A stretch of 64,000 nt of DNA from Squalus acanthias (lineage: Eukaryota): assembly GCA_030390025.1 (NCBI GenBank), contig CM059431.1, forward strand, positions 130,450,001 to 130,514,000, read 5' to 3'. The position numbers were made by a program, and so were the translations under genes. Below, one piece after another: positions 60,708 through 64,000 of the stretch. Position 1 is the first letter of the stretch. Each line of letters begins with the position of its first letter. The notes beneath the pieces are model-generated. The model was not told where the DNA came from, made no database searches, and saw only the letters and a program-made list of their open reading frames with translations.

Positions 60708-62878
60708 AAACTGTCTGTTGGTTTGGAGCCTGAATATAGGGTGTATGTTCAATCCATCTTTTCAAGAGAGGAGAATCAGATGATGGCATATCATACATTC
60801 CAGTAAATTGGCATGCAGTGCAAAGGTTGTCCATTTGATTCCTGGGTCTTATTATCATTTGCCTAGATAGTGGGCAGGGAAAGACTCAGTTGGAATTTAG
60901 GGGATGTGAAGACTACTTATTGGACTGGTTGATGACACTGAACCTAAGAAACTATCTGGTGTAAAAGCCCAAAAGCATGATGTATCTATATTATGACCTG
61001 ATCAGATGTTTTTCACATGAGGGCACTTTAGAACAAGAAGCTTCATTCTTATTTTTATTTGGAATCTAATAGTTTCTTGGTAGCTGTTTCTGCTTCTTTC
61101 CTTTGAATGGAGGATCAGTTGGTGGAAGAGGAGCAGTAGCAACAGCAACTGCCTCAGCAACCAGGAAAGCAGCAAGTGGGCCTATTATAAGAGTGCGGGT
61201 GAGGGGAGATGCATGTAGACGACCTTATTCAGCTGATAGGGTCCATAGGCCAAGAGTTAATATCTTGGTTATCTTTGAGGAGCAGTGCACGAGGAGGCTG
61301 TGCTTCACCAGGCAGGCTGTTGCTGAACTATGTAGCCTATTGCAGCAGGACCAGAGGGGCATGCTTTGCCAGTGGCTTTCAAAGTCACCACCACCCTTAA
61401 CTTTGTCACCACAGACTCCTTCCAGGCTGCTATGAGTGACATCACCTGCATCTCCCAGTCTGCAGCAAGCAGGTCACCAATGCCCTCCTTGCCAGAGCAA
61501 ACCAGTATATTACATTTGCAGTGAACAGGAACAGCCAGACTGAGAAAGCTCTGAGATTTGCAGCAGTGGCTGGCTTCCCTCGTGTCCAGGGCATAATAGA
61601 TTGCACTCATGTAGCTATAAGGGGACCAGAAGATGAACCAGCAGCTTATGTGAACAGGAAGGGCTTCCACTCCATCAATGTACAACTGGTGTGTGATCAC
61701 TGCAGAAGGATAATGCAAGTCTATGCTAGTTTCGCTGGCAACTACCACAATTCTTTCATTCTGTGATACTCATCCACCCCCCCCCCCCCCCACTTTTTCA
61801 CCCATCCAAGACCATCAAAGGAGGGCTGCTAGGGGACAAGGGATACTGATCTGCAAGAGAACAGACGACAGAAGATTAGTGACACCATCAAAGCTCCTAT
61901 CAATTTGTTCCCGCAATCTTACCAAGGTGGATGGCTGTCTTTCCAAGGTGGAGCACAAGTTTGAGCCCAGAGCCTGCATGACAGCCATTTGAGCTTCCAC
62001 CAAATCTGCAAAGGCTGGTGACATTGACTTCTGTTGTGAGAGCCTGGCTTCAGTGACACTGGAGATGGCTACGCTCTCCAAGGTAGACTGCAGAATGTTG
62101 ATCCCCTGGTAGATGACACCACACGGGCTGGAAGCGGACTCCTTCACACTTTCAACCTTTGTGGTGAAAGTCCTTGGTAGGCCTTCCAATACCTGATATA
62201 ACTGCTTGCGCGAAGCAAGCAGTTTTGTTCACATCTCTGTCCTTCTCCACAGAACTGGAAGAGGACCTCGCCCTCTGGCAAGCTCTCTCATGGACTGTCT
62301 CTGCTACCAATACCTGCTGTTGCTCACTACTGCTGAGTGCATTACCACATACAGATCTCTCTAATTCTCTAACTCATCTGGGGTTGCCAATCCCTGTACT
62401 GGTGCCTCCTCACAAGGATTCTTCTTCTCTGAGTTGCCTTCTTCTGCCAGCTGCAGAAGTTGAGAAGGACCTAGAGGAAAGAGAAAAGGAACAAAAGTTA
62501 GCATGGCAATGAGAGATTAGATAGTGGCAGATGACAAGCATCACAATGCAACAATGTAGTCAAGTTGCTTGATAATGCATTTTTCAGAGGTTTATGGCAG
62601 GGTGCAAGTAATCAGAGATCCTGTTCAGAGAAGTCTCTGGCTTCAAAATCTCCTATCCTGACAGTCAGGAGGGGCCACTAATTTCCAGCATTTGCTGCTC
62701 CAGTTCAAAGAGGTTCATGCTGTTTCTGGTGCTCCCCTAGTCTTAATCTTCTCCCTTGTGTTGTGCGCTGTCTTGTCCTACAGAGGTCATGATGTAGAGA
62801 TGCCGGCGTTGGACTGGGGTGGACAAAAATGAGAAGTCGCACAACACCAGGTTATAGTCCAACAGATTTATTTAAAAT

Positions 62879-62914
62879 TACAAGCTTTCGGAGCTGTCGC
62901 TCCTTCTTCAGGTA
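62879..62914 (-). ncRNA. Minimal hammerhead ribozyme motif
   Basis: UAC-CUGAAGA-A-GGAGC(gaca)GCUCC-GAAA-GC-UU-GUA. Confidence 0.8.
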
Positions 62915-63291
62915 GGGTAGCTGTGAGAGAATCTCCCAGAATTCACAATATAAACACAGAAAAAATGTATTCCAATCTTTCCCTACATCAAAGACACACT
63001 AAGAGCACAGCCAAGACAATGAGATGTGTCCCAGGGGGTCCAACGTGTCAAAACACCTGCTGGCCGCATATCCTCTCCATTTGGGTTTGGTTCTTGTGTT
63101 AGTTTTTTTTTTAAAAGCTGGAAAGACCGGCCATGATGTCAAGTCACGTTCTGTATCGTGACATGAACCCGATATCGCGATTGAGGCCATCCTCATGAGT
63201 GCGGAACTTGGCTATCAGTTTCTGCTCTATGATTTTGCGTTGTCGTGTATCCCGAAGGCCGCCTTTCTGGGAGATTCTCTCACAGCTACCC

Positions 63292-63327
63292 TACCTGAAG
63301 AAGGAGCGACAGCTCCGAAAGCTTGTA
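63292..63327 (+). ncRNA. Minimal hammerhead ribozyme motif (mirror copy)
   Basis: tac ctgaaga a ggagc gaca gctcc gaaa gc tt gta, read directly on the plus strand. Confidence 0.8.
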
Positions 63328-64000
63328 ATTTTAAATAAATCTGTTGGACTATAACCTGGTGTTGTGCGACTTCTCATTTTTGTCCTACAGAGAGAGAGGG
63401 CAAGAGTTAGTGAGTGTCTTCTACAAAGGAGAGTACAAATGTGTGGGGGTTTTGCATGCTGTGTAGATGTTGAGAGGGAGAAGAAGCAAGCTGGAATCAG
63501 AATGGGGAGGTGTTGAATGAAAAGCATGAGTGTGAAATGTGAATTGAGGAAGGAGCCATGAAGGGAGCAAAGATGAGGTGAGTGTCTGTTTGTAATGAAA
63601 ATGGCAGATGGCATTGTGTGTCCTTGTGCTGGGTGATGAAGGATGTGATGAAGTGGAGGGAATTGTTGAGAGTGGTATAGTATGAGGGAAGGTCTGTTGC
63701 TGTGTCTTGTTGAAAGAACTAGAGAAATGAAGAGTTGTACTCACGCTTGCTACTCTTGTGAGGTCATTGAGCTGCTTCCTGCACTGCATCCAGGTCCTGA
63801 AGCTGACAATCTCAGCATTCATTTTCCATCCCTCCTCCCATTGACTGGGAAGAGAACATCCCTCCTCTCCCTGACCTCTTCCAGCAGGACTTCCAGGGAG
63901 GCTTCAAACAACCTGGGAACTTGCCTCTGACTCATTGAAGCAGTTTCTTCTGCCACCACTCCAAAGCGAAATCTTGCAGTGCACGAGGAGGCTGTGCTTC

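Larger units (their letters stand above)
62786..63385 (-). mobile_element. 5'-truncated Penelope-like element with an inverted pLTR
   Basis: 121-bp inverted repeat (62821-62941 / 63265-63385), 35-bp tail (62786-62820), GIY-YIG C-terminus (63263-63144: IEQKLIAKFRTHEDGLNRDIGFMSRY), TSD TTGTCCTACAGAG (62773-85, 63380-92). Confidence 0.9.
61100..63975. mobile_element. Decayed two-gene Harbinger (transposase plus at ~61105-61845; Myb gene minus at ~61850-63935)
   Basis: QGIIDCTHVAI and [16 protein letters not shown] on plus; MSQRQVPRLFEASLEVLLEEV...QCRKQLNDLTRVAS|GTGAGT on minus. Confidence 0.82.

Overview
Eukaryotic, repeat-saturated DNA, very likely from a cartilaginous fish (shark-type HE1/V-SINE, Deu-domain SINE, CR1 and L2 LINEs, many Harbinger families). 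No host protein-coding gene can be identified with confidence; at most there are candidate minus-strand exons near 1.4-2.2 kb and 27.2 kb. Highlights: (1) an apparently intact Tigger/pogo transposon (4093-6681; perfect 24-bp TIRs, TA TSD, 585-aa DD32D transposase). (2) A complete two-gene PIF/Harbinger transposon (45184-49374; TAT TSD, intact 383-aa DDE transposase, convergent 3-exon Myb/SANT gene with one frameshift) nested in a CR1. (3) Four Penelope-like retroelement insertions carrying five minimal type-I hammerhead ribozyme motifs, including one with a perfect 121-bp inverted pseudo-LTR, a 35-bp tail and a 13-bp TSD. (4) A three-copy ~760-bp Harbinger MITE family and many nested LINE/SINE/Harbinger/hAT relics. 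Family names come from motif recognition, not database searches, and boundaries of decayed elements are approximate.
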